A stretch of DNA of 33,653 bases from Nemertoderma westbladi (lineage: Eukaryota > Animalia > Xenacoelomorpha): the NCBI GenBank assembly GCA_032718475.1, contig JAUCBJ010006983.1:1-33653 (forward strand). Direction: 5' to 3'. Shown piece after piece: positions 1 to 10,600 of the stretch; positions within the stretch are counted from its first letter, which is position 1, and each line of letters starts with the position of its first letter. Under the pieces are notes generated by a model, which was not told where the DNA came from, ran no database searches, and saw only the letters and a program-made list of their open reading frames with translations. The translations under genes and the position numbers were made by a program.

Positions 1-622
1 TGCATCAAACTGGCCATTAACAAAAGCCAGTTCTCTGCGGGAATCTAAGTACAAAAACATGCCGCAGCTGTGACCTTGAAATCATTTCAATGTCCTTTCA
101 ATATGAGACAGAAAGTCTGGAATTTCGGTCATTTCAATGTCAATGCTATTATTATATTACTATAATAAATTTCCTACTACACATTTACTATTTCTAATCT
201 CACTTTTTGTTTTTCCTTCAAGGAAGAGCATTACAAAAATTCATTATATGGCACATGTTATATTATATAATATAAATAATGGTAAATGCATTCTAACGCT
301 TGTAGCTACAGATTGAAAGTAAAAATAAAAATTCTGGCTCACCCAGTCAGTGGTCGGGAGGTGAAACTGTCTCTGTTTCAAATTTGATGCAATCTCATTA
401 AGATTTTTTGAATCGGCACAGCGGAGTACCGGTACCGGTACTGTAGATTCTAACTAATCGAATACGAATATGTGGGTCATCACCAAAATATATCAAGGAT
501 ACTCTCATATCACTATGGTTTAAATATTTTCATATATACTCTGCTGTTTCTTGTTCTAAAATGTATAGGGTATTGTAGGTGTAGGCCTGTAGATTGTAGG
601 GTGTAGGGATTGGATAAGGTAC

Positions 623-658
623 ACCCCCCCCCCCCCCCCCCCCCCCCCACCCCCCTCC
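623..658. repeat. poly-C tract preceded by degenerate TGTAGG repeats (562-608)
   Basis: Directly visible. Confidence 0.8.
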
Positions 659-1182
659 CATCTACACAGAACATGCACAGTGCAGTGATTGGTCAGTCTC
701 ACGTTTGAGTTTTATATTATAATTTGCATTGATAAATTTATAATTACTTTCTATTTACATGACATACTGTTTAAAATTACCAAGTGCCTAATTAAAACTT
801 TACATTCATAGAAAGATTTGGCTTATTAAGTGATATACTTTACATATCTTGGCAAGTACTTGTTAAGAAGATAGCAAGTAGACTTTACAAGTACTTAGTA
901 TGTGTAACAGGGATTTTCAACAGGGAACTGTATGTAAAGTAAATAATGCTTAACGTGTACTCGTACTGTAATCCATTACGTCCAATAGAAGACACTTAAG
1001 AGAAAATGACCAAAGAAAATGGCGAGGGCGACAGTGTTCAGTAAAACTGAACGGACACAGACGGTGACTCAGTTTGAATCAGTCGAATATAGTGAAGATA
1101 GATTAATGATTTATCACATCCATGCAGGAGATAACTTCCAATAAACATTAATTAGATTTTAATGTATAATAAATACTGTGTA

Positions 1183-1416
1183 AAAGCAAGCAAACAGTCG
1201 GCCGAAGCCGGAGGCGACCCGAAGGCTCCTCTTTCGATAGCTGCTACCCGAGGGTAGGGGTGGGCGCTACTCCTATCCCAAGATTTGCTCCCAGTTATTT
1301 AACTGGTACTCATTTCATCGACCCCAGTGGATGAAAGGCTGAGTGGACCCTGGCGGGGCTGAACCTACAACCAATAGATTGCAGGCCCGGCGCTCAACCA
1401 ACTGAGCTACCCCGCC
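1183..1416 (-). mobile_element. tRNA-derived SINE, full length (234 bp), with 10-bp target-site duplication
   Basis: Minus strand begins GGCGGGGTAGCTCAGTTGGTTGAGCG...GGTTCAGCCCC (pol III A box and B-box-like, tRNA head). It continues CACTCAGCCTTTCATCCACTGGGGTCGATGAAATGAGTACCAG, which from memory resembles the conserved central domain of Meta/Ceph/Sauria-type SINEs, then a GC-rich tail ending TTTGCTTGCTTT. ATACTGTGTA flanks it directly at 1173-1182 and 1417-1426. Confidence 0.9.
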
Positions 1417-1549
1417 ATACTGTGTACTGTTAATAAATTTCACTCATATTCGATATACTGTAGTACATGATTAAAATGTATAAATGAGCATCCATAAAAT
1501 CCTTTATTCACATACAGAACGTTGATAAGTTGGCATAATGTAACAAAAT

Positions 1550-1710
1550 TACATACATCGTTGCTCGCAAAGGTCACTTTTCATCGTTAAAGACCCTTGT
1601 TTATACCTTGTTTATTGTAAACCTCCCTCGCTGCGCTCGCTCGGTACATAAATAAACTCGGGTCATAACGCTGCAAAGTGCTGCTTTGCACACAATGATG
1701 TAAATAGTTA
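1550..1710. mobile_element. small foldback/MITE-like element (tentative)
   Basis: Imperfect inverted repeats: TACATCGTTGCTCGCAAAG (1554-1572) versus the reverse complement of 1684-1702 (15/19). An inner pair GACCCTTGTTTAT / ATAAACTCGGGTC surrounds a GC-rich centre CCTCGCTGCGCTCGCTCGG. No TSD identified. Confidence 0.35.
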
Positions 1711-2065
1711 TTTTAGGGATATAATTTACTTCTAATGTGGTTGTAACGTAATAAACAAGAAATCAAGTACTGTAGACTGTCTGTATACAGTATAGCCATC
1801 GTTAAAATTTTGTGTCACTTTAAGTTGATTCGGCTGAAAACGTGGAATTTTATTTATTGTTTTATTGAAATCTACTTATAGTTTTTTTCAGGCTCCGTTC
1901 TTTGAACGACCCCTTATGAATTTTTGGTTGACGGAGCTGTCCCACATAATAATTAGTAAGGATGAGACGAGCCAAATAACTTTTGGCTCGATTTTCTTGT
2001 AAAGGTATTTTTTGTAGTTGTTTTTTTAATATCATAAATGATTATAATTATTTATTATTTAATAG

Positions 2066-2230
2066 GATGTTCTCCAGGCTATCCATGAAACTGCCTTTAA
2101 AGTGTGCGATTGGCCAGTGATTCTCTCCCTAGAAGACCACTGCACTTCCAAACAACAAGTAACCATGGCGAAACACCTGAGAGACATTATCGGCGAGAAT
2201 TTGTTAACCGAACCATTGAGTGAATTTCCG
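2066..2230 (+). CDS. PLC: phosphoinositide-specific phospholipase C, internal exon (catalytic X box)
   Basis: AATAG acceptor (AG 2064-2065) and GTTGGT donor at 2231. The 165 nt translate to DVLQAIHETAFKVCDWPVILSLEDHCTSKQQVTMAKHLRDIIGENLLTEPLSEFP, matching the PI-PLC X-box pattern V..AI...AF....PVILS.E(N/D)HC...QQ..MA......G..LL. Confidence 0.92.
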
Positions 2231-2735
2231 GTTGGTATCAGTTAATCTGTAAGAATTATACTAACTTTTATATAAAATAATTCATGTATAATTTATGTAC
2301 TGGTGGTGTCTTCCTGTCTTGTTCAGGTTCACCCGAAACGTGATGGAAAACGCATTTATTTAATTGAAAATACTGATCAAAATGCTAATAATTATATTAC
2401 TAAAATATATCGGATCATAAGGAGAGTTAGCAATACTGGCCGTCATGAGATATCGTGCAGTAGTCTATAAAGTTTAGATTGTAAAACGAAGTCTGAGAGA
2501 TCCTCACGCACGCTGCAAAACGGTTTATGACTTCGGAATGTGACGGAGTTAAGTCCCTGTGTGTGCACTTGAAGAAGTAACATGACTGGAGTGTGGGGGG
2601 GGGGGGGTGCCTCCTACTGGATACGATACGCCCCTGAAGAATTTATGAAACTTAATATTAATGTTAATTCAGGATGGACCGGATATCACTTGTTGATATT
2701 CGACCAGGAGAATCAGATATCCGGAGGATCGGATA

Positions 2736-5700
2736 CTACTAGGATCGGCATGCTGCATTGCAGCTGCATTTTTAAGAATGCTGTGCCGGCTTGTCAACAA
2801 AATTGCACCGCCACAACTCCCTATCACCCATGACATTTGCTAAATCATCCGCATCTTCAAGGCCATTGTCCTTTAAGATGCGTCTCAAGAAAGTCATGGG
2901 CTGTCCACCATGCTTATTCACTCCATGAGGCTGCCAAAGTACAAGATTATGCACTGGCTGGTCCTCACGGCGAAAGCACTATCCTGCAAAGCGGAGGCGA
3001 TTTTGTTCTAGTGTCAAGCTTGGGGAACCAATGAGACACCTCCAATGTTATATAGTGTCTGGTTGGAGATGTGTGCATTGTACTTGACACAATGAACCCG
3101 GCGTAGCATTCTTGTGAATGTGCCATCCAGAGATTTGGTGTCCTCAGCAGTTAGAGCCCAGCATGGACTCCCGTAGAGGAGTACTGGAACTACTGCTGCT
3201 CTAAATAATCGGACCTTAAGTTTCCGATTAATTCTCGGTGACTTCCAAATCCTGGAAAGCCTATTCAAGGCTGCCCATGCCTTTCCCTTACGTATTCGAA
3301 GGTCCTCACCTGACTTCCGGATCCATGATCCCAGGTAACAGAAGTCGTCCACATGCTCAAGCATACCATCCTTTGAGCTTATGCTCATCCGATCAGAGAC
3401 TTGCTGAGGACTTTCGAAGTTAACTGTCAAAATTGTGGTCTTTCTTGAGTTAATAAAAAGACCAACACTAGAAGCAGCATGTTCTAATGAGCTGAGGAGC
3501 CGTTGGGCTCCCTCTAATGATTCTGAGAGTACTCCTAAGTCATCAGCAAAGTCTAGATCAGTTAGGTACTTGGCAGGATTTCCTCGACTTCTGGAGCCAG
3601 TAGGTGGGGTTATCATCACCCCATCATCATTATGATGATCTAAGGACATGCGTAGAACATAGTCAACCACAATAATGAACAAGAATGGTGCAAGTGTGTC
3701 TCCTTGGAGGACGCCCCATAACACTTTAAATGGTTCTGTGTCACCGTCAACAGTAGACACAAATGTTGTCGAACCATCGTATACTGATCTGATTGCTGCA
3801 ATAATTTCATCAGGAATCCCATATAATGAAAGTATGCTGAACATACGTGAGCGAGAGACTGAATCGAAGGCCTTGAAGAAGTCAACAAAGATAACAGCCA
3901 GATGCCTGTCTTTCTTTTTTGATAATTCTTCAATTATCCTTCTAAGTGCCAAAATGGGCTCCATGGTCCCACGACCTTTACGGAACCCATTCTGATTTCC
4001 ACGGAGCAGTCTCTCAATGGGATCCATGATGCGATTTAATAGAATCCTATTGTATAGCTTTGCAGCAATCGAGATCAATGAGATTCCCCGAAAATAACCA
4101 TAGAGTGTTAGGTTGCCCTTCTTGGGAACTGGCACCAACTTATTTGTTTTCATTTCTTGTGGGACTCTTGTTGTTCGGTACATGTCTACTATGATGGGAT
4201 AGATGAGCTTTAAACACTCAGGTATTTTAAAGACCTCAGGGGGAACACTGGACTCCACCGGACTCCACTGGCACGATTGGTCTTAATGCTCTTTGCAGCA
4301 GCCTTCACTTCTGCAAAGGAGATATCGCCAATGGGAATATCTGGGAGTACAGACTCAGACACTTGTACTTCTATAAAGTTATCAGGCAATACCCTCTTAT
4401 TATTGAGGAGCTTTTCAAAGTGGGCTTTACAACCATTGAGGCGATCGGCTGGTGATTCAGCCTTAACCTTGGTGGTTGGTTGGCTTTTCCGCCCAGTAAG
4501 CAGATTGATCGATTTCCATGCCTGGGATGATTGCCTGCTGTCGTCAGCATCATTGATGGCATCAACCTTTTGGTTTATTAGCTCCTGTAGATTAACAGAG
4601 TACTGCCTGTTCAGGGACCTAGATGCAGCCTTAACTGCATTCTTGGCCGCTGTAGTCTGTTTGAGTCGGGACTCTTTCTGCGCCTTATGAAGGTCATTTC
4701 GGCACTTCTGAATTTTGTTGTCAGTCCAGGGGGCCCTTTTCCTGTTTCGAGGGTATACAGGAACTGCTTCTGCAGCTGCTAACTTAACTGCTTCTGTAAA
4801 GGCAGTATAGCCCTCACAGTGATCTGCCGCCTCAGAGGCAAGAGCCTCATACCTGTTGCTCAGCTGTAGTGTGAAGGTGGATCTCACACTTGGCTGTTGC
4901 AACAGAGAGGACCAGTCATGCCGCGGCAAGGCAGATTTCGTTGTTCTGCTAGCACGCAGACTAAGTCTTACCTTGGCCACAATAAGGCGGTGATCACTGG
5001 AGAAGGGTCGAAGTGTAAATGCATTACAGTCTTGTATAGAGCTCCTGTATTTCCTACGAAACAGAATATGGTCTATCTGGGACTTGTGACCACTGGGTCC
5101 ACTATGAGTCCATAGCTTTCCAGTTCGCTTCTTGAACTGGGTTCCAGCCGAAAACAATCCATTTCCAGAGATAAAATCCTGAAGATGGACAGAATTTCGG
5201 TTAACACTATTGCTATAGACCGAGGGCGATGTAGGTGATTGATGCAGACTTGCATTAAAGTCTCCCAGGAATGTTAAGAATGCATGCTGATCCACTCCAT
5301 CAGTAGCTGCTTGTAGATTGTGGTAGAAATTTTCCACCTCCTCTACAGGGGCAACACTAGTTGGAGAGTAGCACACAATCAGAACCACCTTAGGAAACTT
5401 CTTAGCCAGTCTTCCAGAACATGAGAAGTGGCAACGGATGATGCGGTTAGAGATTTGTTCTATTTTGTCCAATGCTGCATGTGCAGTTGGATTCATCAAT
5501 AGACCAATTCCACCATTGCCACTATCATCTGCTGACGCGAGGGCGAGTCGCCAACCGCCCCCCATGTCCTTAATCAGAACCTCATCAGTCTGTCCAGTCT
5601 GCATTCGGTGCTCTTGAACACCCACTGCGCTAAGAGAAAGCTTATCTGCCAAGGCAGTCAGCTCACCTTGTCGCATTGGGGACCCGAGTGTTAGGGTGTT

Positions 5701-6055
5701 TACTGAGGCTAGTCTAGTGACTTGCCTCAGATTCACCAATGGCTTTGTTGGTCGGGGTGGAACATGAGAGTAGCCTCCAACTCCAGAATCCCTCTCCCAC
5801 ATCACATTCTGCCCTCCCTGGTGACCCAGGGTTTGGGCCAGAAAGGTCATCAGGAAAGGGACTCAAAGAATTGTTGGCTGCTCTCTCTCCAGTAGGGGGT
5901 GAGACAGGCAGCCGGTCAGGAGTTAACTGACGCCTGTGAGGCCGATTGTGTCCATTTCATTCCACTGGCCTCTAGTGGCTGGACCTCCGCATTACTAATG
6001 TAATCCATAGTGGGGGTTGGGGGGTGCTTTTTTTGCCGAGTCAGCTCTCGGGGCA
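2736..6055 (-). mobile_element. non-LTR retrotransposon (LINE), RTE-like clade, near full length (~3.3 kb), in PLC intron, antisense
   Basis: Single APE+RT reading frame, very short 3' UTR ending in (TAG)2, and a probable 5-bp TSD GGATA at 2731-2735 and 6056-6060. Highly similar to the copy at 30393-32420. RTE assignment rests on size, lack of ORF1, FADD motif, RLRFAGHC-type C-terminus (clearest in copy 2) and short tandem tail. Confidence 0.9.
2772..5850 (-). pseudogene. disrupted LINE ORF: AP endonuclease (ORF 4210-5850) + reverse transcriptase (ORF 3014-4258) + C-terminus (ORF 2772-2954)
   Basis: APE motifs: GVQEHR, YSPT, GDFNA, QIDHIL, SDH. RT motifs: PKKG, FRGISL, QNGFRKGR, FVDFFKAFDSV, GVLQGDTLAP, DFADD, YLGS. 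Two frameshifts relative to copy 2: net +8 nt (GTGGAGTCC duplication) near 4250-4268 and a 1-nt loss in a C run near 3022-3025. Confidence 0.9.
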
Positions 6056-6508
6056 GGATATCCGCCCGGGTTTAAACCGGAACTAAACGGGAGCAAAATT
6101 TACTAGTGTTTTATTGGCGTTATTTTTATAACTCAAGTGTATTGAGTCGTTTATTTATTTTTGAAGTGAATATAAAATTATATTGCGGATTATAATGTAC
6201 AGTATTATGGTCAAATCTATATAAAGTCATAAAATATGTATTGTTAGCAGTAGCAGGTCTTTCTGTTAATTTGTATCTTGAAATTAAAAACATAAAATAC
6301 TTTAGTGAAATAGTAATTAAAATATCGATTTGTAATCTTAATTGTTCATTAATTTATTAATCTCAAAATTAGAAGACCCTAAATACAATTATTATTAACA
6401 ATTTAAATCTTAGGTACTTTATTAGATGTTGTATAATTAAACATTGGGTAGGATTAAATATAAAACATCGTTTAAATAATTAAAATCGCATTAATTTATT
6501 TTCTACAG

Positions 6509-6669
6509 TTGGAGAAAGGACGTGAACTACCCCCACCCGCGGCCCTAATGCGTAAAGTTTTAATAAAACATAAAAAGAAACAAGTTGGGGGCGGAAAACG
6601 TCGGAAATCTACGGCGATGAGCGAGTTTCGTACTGATGATGGCCGTAGTTGCTCTCTAGGAGACTTCAG
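6509..6669 (+). CDS. PLC: phospholipase C internal exon (end of X box, start of X-Y linker)
   Basis: TTTTCTACAG acceptor and AG|GTAAAT donor. Phase 0 join to the previous exon gives LEKGRELPPPAALMRKVLIKHKKKQVGGGKRRKSTAMSEFRTDDGRSCSLGDF(R), matching the LPSP..L..KIL.K.KK end of the X box. Confidence 0.9.
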
Positions 6670-6965
6670 GTAAATATAAACAATTATTTATATTAAATAA
6701 TATTACTTATAATTCATTATTGACACTTTTTGTTTGTTTGTTGACAATTTTTCAAGGTATTTTTAATTTCGTCTCGCTTTTTTCATTCAAAATTTGCTCC
6801 AGAGAATACAAAATTTAAAATTACTAAAATAATATTGAGAAATATCGCGTGTTAAATTAACTATAATTTTTAGAATGAAACACGAAATACAATAATGATA
6901 AAACTTATTGTTATAAATGTTTACTAATTGTTGTGATAATAACCATTTATTTTATTTTCAAACAG

Positions 6966-7521
6966 AGATGCCCTCGATATGAGATCGCGACCTCGTAAAT
7001 CCCATTCGACGTCGACCCCTCCGTCGGAACGACGACGGATCAGTTCCTCGGTGGACTTCCTCACTCTGCGACGTCCTATTTCTCCTCGACTCCCGCGGAT
7101 GAACCCGCTGATGAACCGCGTGCCGTCGAGTCCCAGCCCGTTGGCGAGACTGCCGGAGGAGTCGCGATGGTGCGGGAACTCGGAGACGGAATCCGTGCAG
7201 GATCTAATGGGATCCTCGGTGTATTCCGAACCCGAGACGCAGCAAGTGTTCGGGATGCAGCGGAGGAAGTCGCGACGTCGTCGACACCATTCCGAGTCGC
7301 CGTCCGCCCGGATTATCGCGCGGTCCAAAGCGAACATCAGCGGTGATTTGGATTCAGAGGGTTTTTCTGACGTGTTTGGCTCGGTCTCGTCGGATTCGCT
7401 TGGTCTCAGGAATAGTCGTATAAATGAGTTGGGGAGTCGGGGAAGGAGAGATACCGAAAGTAGTAGCGACGAGGAGTTCCTAAAGTCAACGGAACTCTTC
7501 CGTGAAATGGAATCAGTTGCG
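6966..7521 (+). CDS. PLC: phospholipase C internal exon (long Ser/Arg-rich X-Y linker)
   Basis: TTTATTTTCAAACAG acceptor. The phase-2 join (AG+A = Arg) puts it in exactly the frame of ORF 6979-7572. GC/CpG-rich coding composition drops back to AT-rich after GCG|GTAGGA at 7521/7522, the probable donor. The 3' boundary is less certain than the 5' boundary. Confidence 0.75.
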
Positions 7522-7600
7522 GTAGGATATGATAATAATATACAGTATACCCCCAGTCTGGGTAATCTGTAGGACAAACACACGTTAACAATTACCTGCT

Positions 7601-10600
7601 AAACTGATTTGACACTTATACTGACAATGAAACTATCATAGTTACGTGTGAAACTGATTTCACACTTTGGCGTTACTTGGAAAACTGATTCGACACTTTG
7701 ATATTTTGTGAAACTGATATGACACTTTCAACAGTCACTTGTGAAACTGATTTGTCATTTTGACAGTTATACTTGTAAAACTGATTTGACGATTTGACAA
7801 TTTCTTGTGAAACTGATTTGACACTTTGACAGTTACTAGTGAAACTGATTTGACACCTACGTGTGAAACTGATTTGACACTTACGTGTGAAACTGATTTG
7901 ACACTTACGTGTGAAACTAATTTGACACTTACGTGTGAAACTGATTTGACACTTACGTGTGAAACTGATTTGACACTTACGTGTGAAACTGATTTGACAC
8001 TTACGTGTTAAACTGATTTGACACTTTGACAGTTACTAGTGAAACTGAGTTGACACTTACGTGTGAAACTGATTTCACACTTACGTGTGGATCTGATTTG
8101 ACGATTTGACAATTTCTTGTGAAACTGATTTGACACTTTGATAGTTACTGGTGAAACTGATTTGACACCTACGTGTGAAACTGATTTGACACTTACGTGT
8201 GAAACTGATTTGACACTTACGTGTGGAACTGATTGGACACTTACGTGTTAAACTGATTTGAGACTTACGAGTGAAACTGATTTGACACTTACGTGTGAAA
8301 CTGATTTGACACTTACGTGTGAAACTGAGCTGACACTTACGTGTGGAACTGATTTGGCGATTTGACAATTTCTTGTGAAACTGATTTGACACTTTGACAG
8401 TTACTAGTGAAACTGATTTGACACTTACGTGTGAAACTGATTTGACACTTACGTGTGAAACTAATTTGACACTTACGTGTGAAACTAATTTGACACTTAC
8501 GTGTGAAACTGATTTGACACTTACGTGTGAAACTGATTTGACACTTACGTGTGAAACTGATTTGACACTTACGTGTTAAACTGATTTGAGACTTACGAGT
8601 GAAACTGATTTGACACTTACGTGTAAAACTGATTTGACACTTACGTGTGGAACTGATTTGACACCTACGTGTGAAACTAATTTGACACTTACGTGTGGAA
8701 CTGATTTGACGATTTTACAATTTCTTGTGAAACTGATTTGACACTTTGACAGTTACTAGTGAAACTGAGTTGACACTTACGTGTGAAACTGATTTCACAC
8801 TTACGTGTGGATCTGATTTGACGATTTGACAATTTCTTGTGAAACTGATTTGACACTTTGATAGTTACTGGTGAAACTGATTTGACACCTACGTGTGAAA
8901 CTGATTTGACACTTACGTGTGAAACTGATTTGACACTTACGTGTGGAACTGATTGGACACTTACGTGTTAAACTGATTTGAGACTTACGAGTGAAACTGA
9001 TTTGACACTTACGTGTGAAACTGATTTGACACTTACGTGTGAAACTGATTTGACACTTACGTGGGAAACTGATTTGACACTTACGTGTGAAACTGATTTG
9101 ACACTTACGTGTGAAACTGATTTGACACTTACGTGTGAAACTGAGCTGACACTTACGTGTGGAACTGATTTGGCGATTTGACAATTTCTTGTGAAACTGA
9201 TTTGACACTTTGACAGTTACTAGTGAAACTGATTTGACACTTACGTGTGAAACTGATTTGACACTTACGTGTGAAACTAATTTGACACTTACGTGTGAAA
9301 CTGATTTGACACTTACGTGTGAAACTGATTTGACACTTACGTGTGAAACTGATTTGACACTTACGTGTTAAACTGATTTGAGACTTACGAGTGAAACTGA
9401 TTTGACACTTACGTGTAAAACTGATTTGACACTTACGTGTGGAACTGATTTGACACCTACGTGTGAAACTAATTTGACACTTACGTGTGGAACTGATTTG
9501 ACGATTTTACAATTTCTTGTGAAACTGATATGACACTTTGACAGTTACTAGTGAAACTGAGTTGACACTTACGTGTGAAACTGATTTGACACTTACGTGT
9601 GAAACTGATTTGACACTTACGTGTGAAACTGAGCTGACACTTACGTGTGGAACTGATTTGGCGATTTGACAATTTCTTGTGAAACTGATTTGACACTTTG
9701 ACAGTTACTAGTGAAACTGATTTGACACTTACGTGTGAAACTGATTTGACACTTACGTGTGAAACTAATTTGACACTTACGTGTGAAACTGATTTGACAC
9801 TTACGTGTGAAACTGATTTGACACTTACGTGTGAAACTGATTTGACACTTACGTGTTAAACTGATTTGAAACTTACGAGTGAAACTGATTTGACACTTAC
9901 GTGTAAAACTGATTTGACACTTACGTGTGGAACTGATTTGACACCTACGTGTGAAACTAATTTGACACTTACGTGTGGAACTGATTTGACGATTTTACAA
10001 TTTCTTCAGAAACTGACATGACACTTTGACAGTTACTAGTGAAACTGAGTTGACACTTACGTGTGAAACTGATTTGACACTTACGTGTGAAACTAATTTG
10101 ACACTTACGTGTGGAACTGATTTGACGATTTTACAATTTCTTGTGAAACTGATTTGACACTTTGATAGTTACTAGTGAAACTGATTTGACACTTACGTGT
10201 AAAACTGATTTGACACTTACGTGTGAAACTGATTTGACACTTACGTGTGAAACTGATTTGACACTTACGTGTGGAACTGATTTGACACTTACGTGTGGAA
10301 CTGATTTGAGACTTACGAGTGAAACTGATTTGACACTTACGTGTTAAACTGATTTGACACTTACGTGTTAAACTGATTTGACACTTACGTGTGAAACTGA
10401 TTTGACACTTACGTGTGGAACTGATTTGACACTTACGTGTGAAACAGATTTGACACTTACGTGTCTAACTGATTTGAGACTTACGAGTGAAACTGATTTC
10501 ACACTTACGTGTAAAACTGATTTGACACTTACGTGTGAAACTGATTTGACACTTACGTGTGAAACTGATTTGACACTTACGTGTGGAACTGATTTGACAC

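Noticed and set aside
562-658. Telomere-like TGTAGG repeats plus poly-C
   Set aside because: Few, irregular units that do not match TTAGGG/TTAGG arrays. Simple low-complexity sequence.
1627-1644. GCGCTCGCTCG resembling an AAV Rep-binding element
   Set aside because: Too short, with no parvoviral ITR or rep sequence. Better explained as the centre of a small foldback element.
1892-1956. Candidate exon (TTTTTTCAG ... GTAAG) upstream of the first PLC exon
   Set aside because: Splice-like signals are present, but I found no frame resembling the expected PLC segment (ELDCW...HG.T), so it is unsupported.
2590-2636. G-run plus TACGCCCCTG resembling a CAGGGGCGTA-type MITE end
   Set aside because: No matching opposite terminus or TSD was found, so an element could not be delimited.
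5800-5855. Hammerhead ribozyme suggested by CTGATGA on the minus strand
   Set aside because: No correctly placed GAAA core or stems I/III were found.
2837-5930. Short ORFs overlapping the LINE (and equivalents at 30467-31911)
   Set aside because: Alternative-frame or antisense shadows of the APE-RT ORF with no recognisable motifs.
6979-7521. Eight CGA codons in the PLC linker exon next to tRNA-Arg(TCG) genes
   Set aside because: tRNAs act in trans, and the exon is simply Arg- and CpG-rich. Treated as coincidence.
6924-7583. 219-aa minus-strand ORF
   Set aside because: Antisense shadow of the GC-rich PLC linker exon. Splice phase supports the + strand frame.
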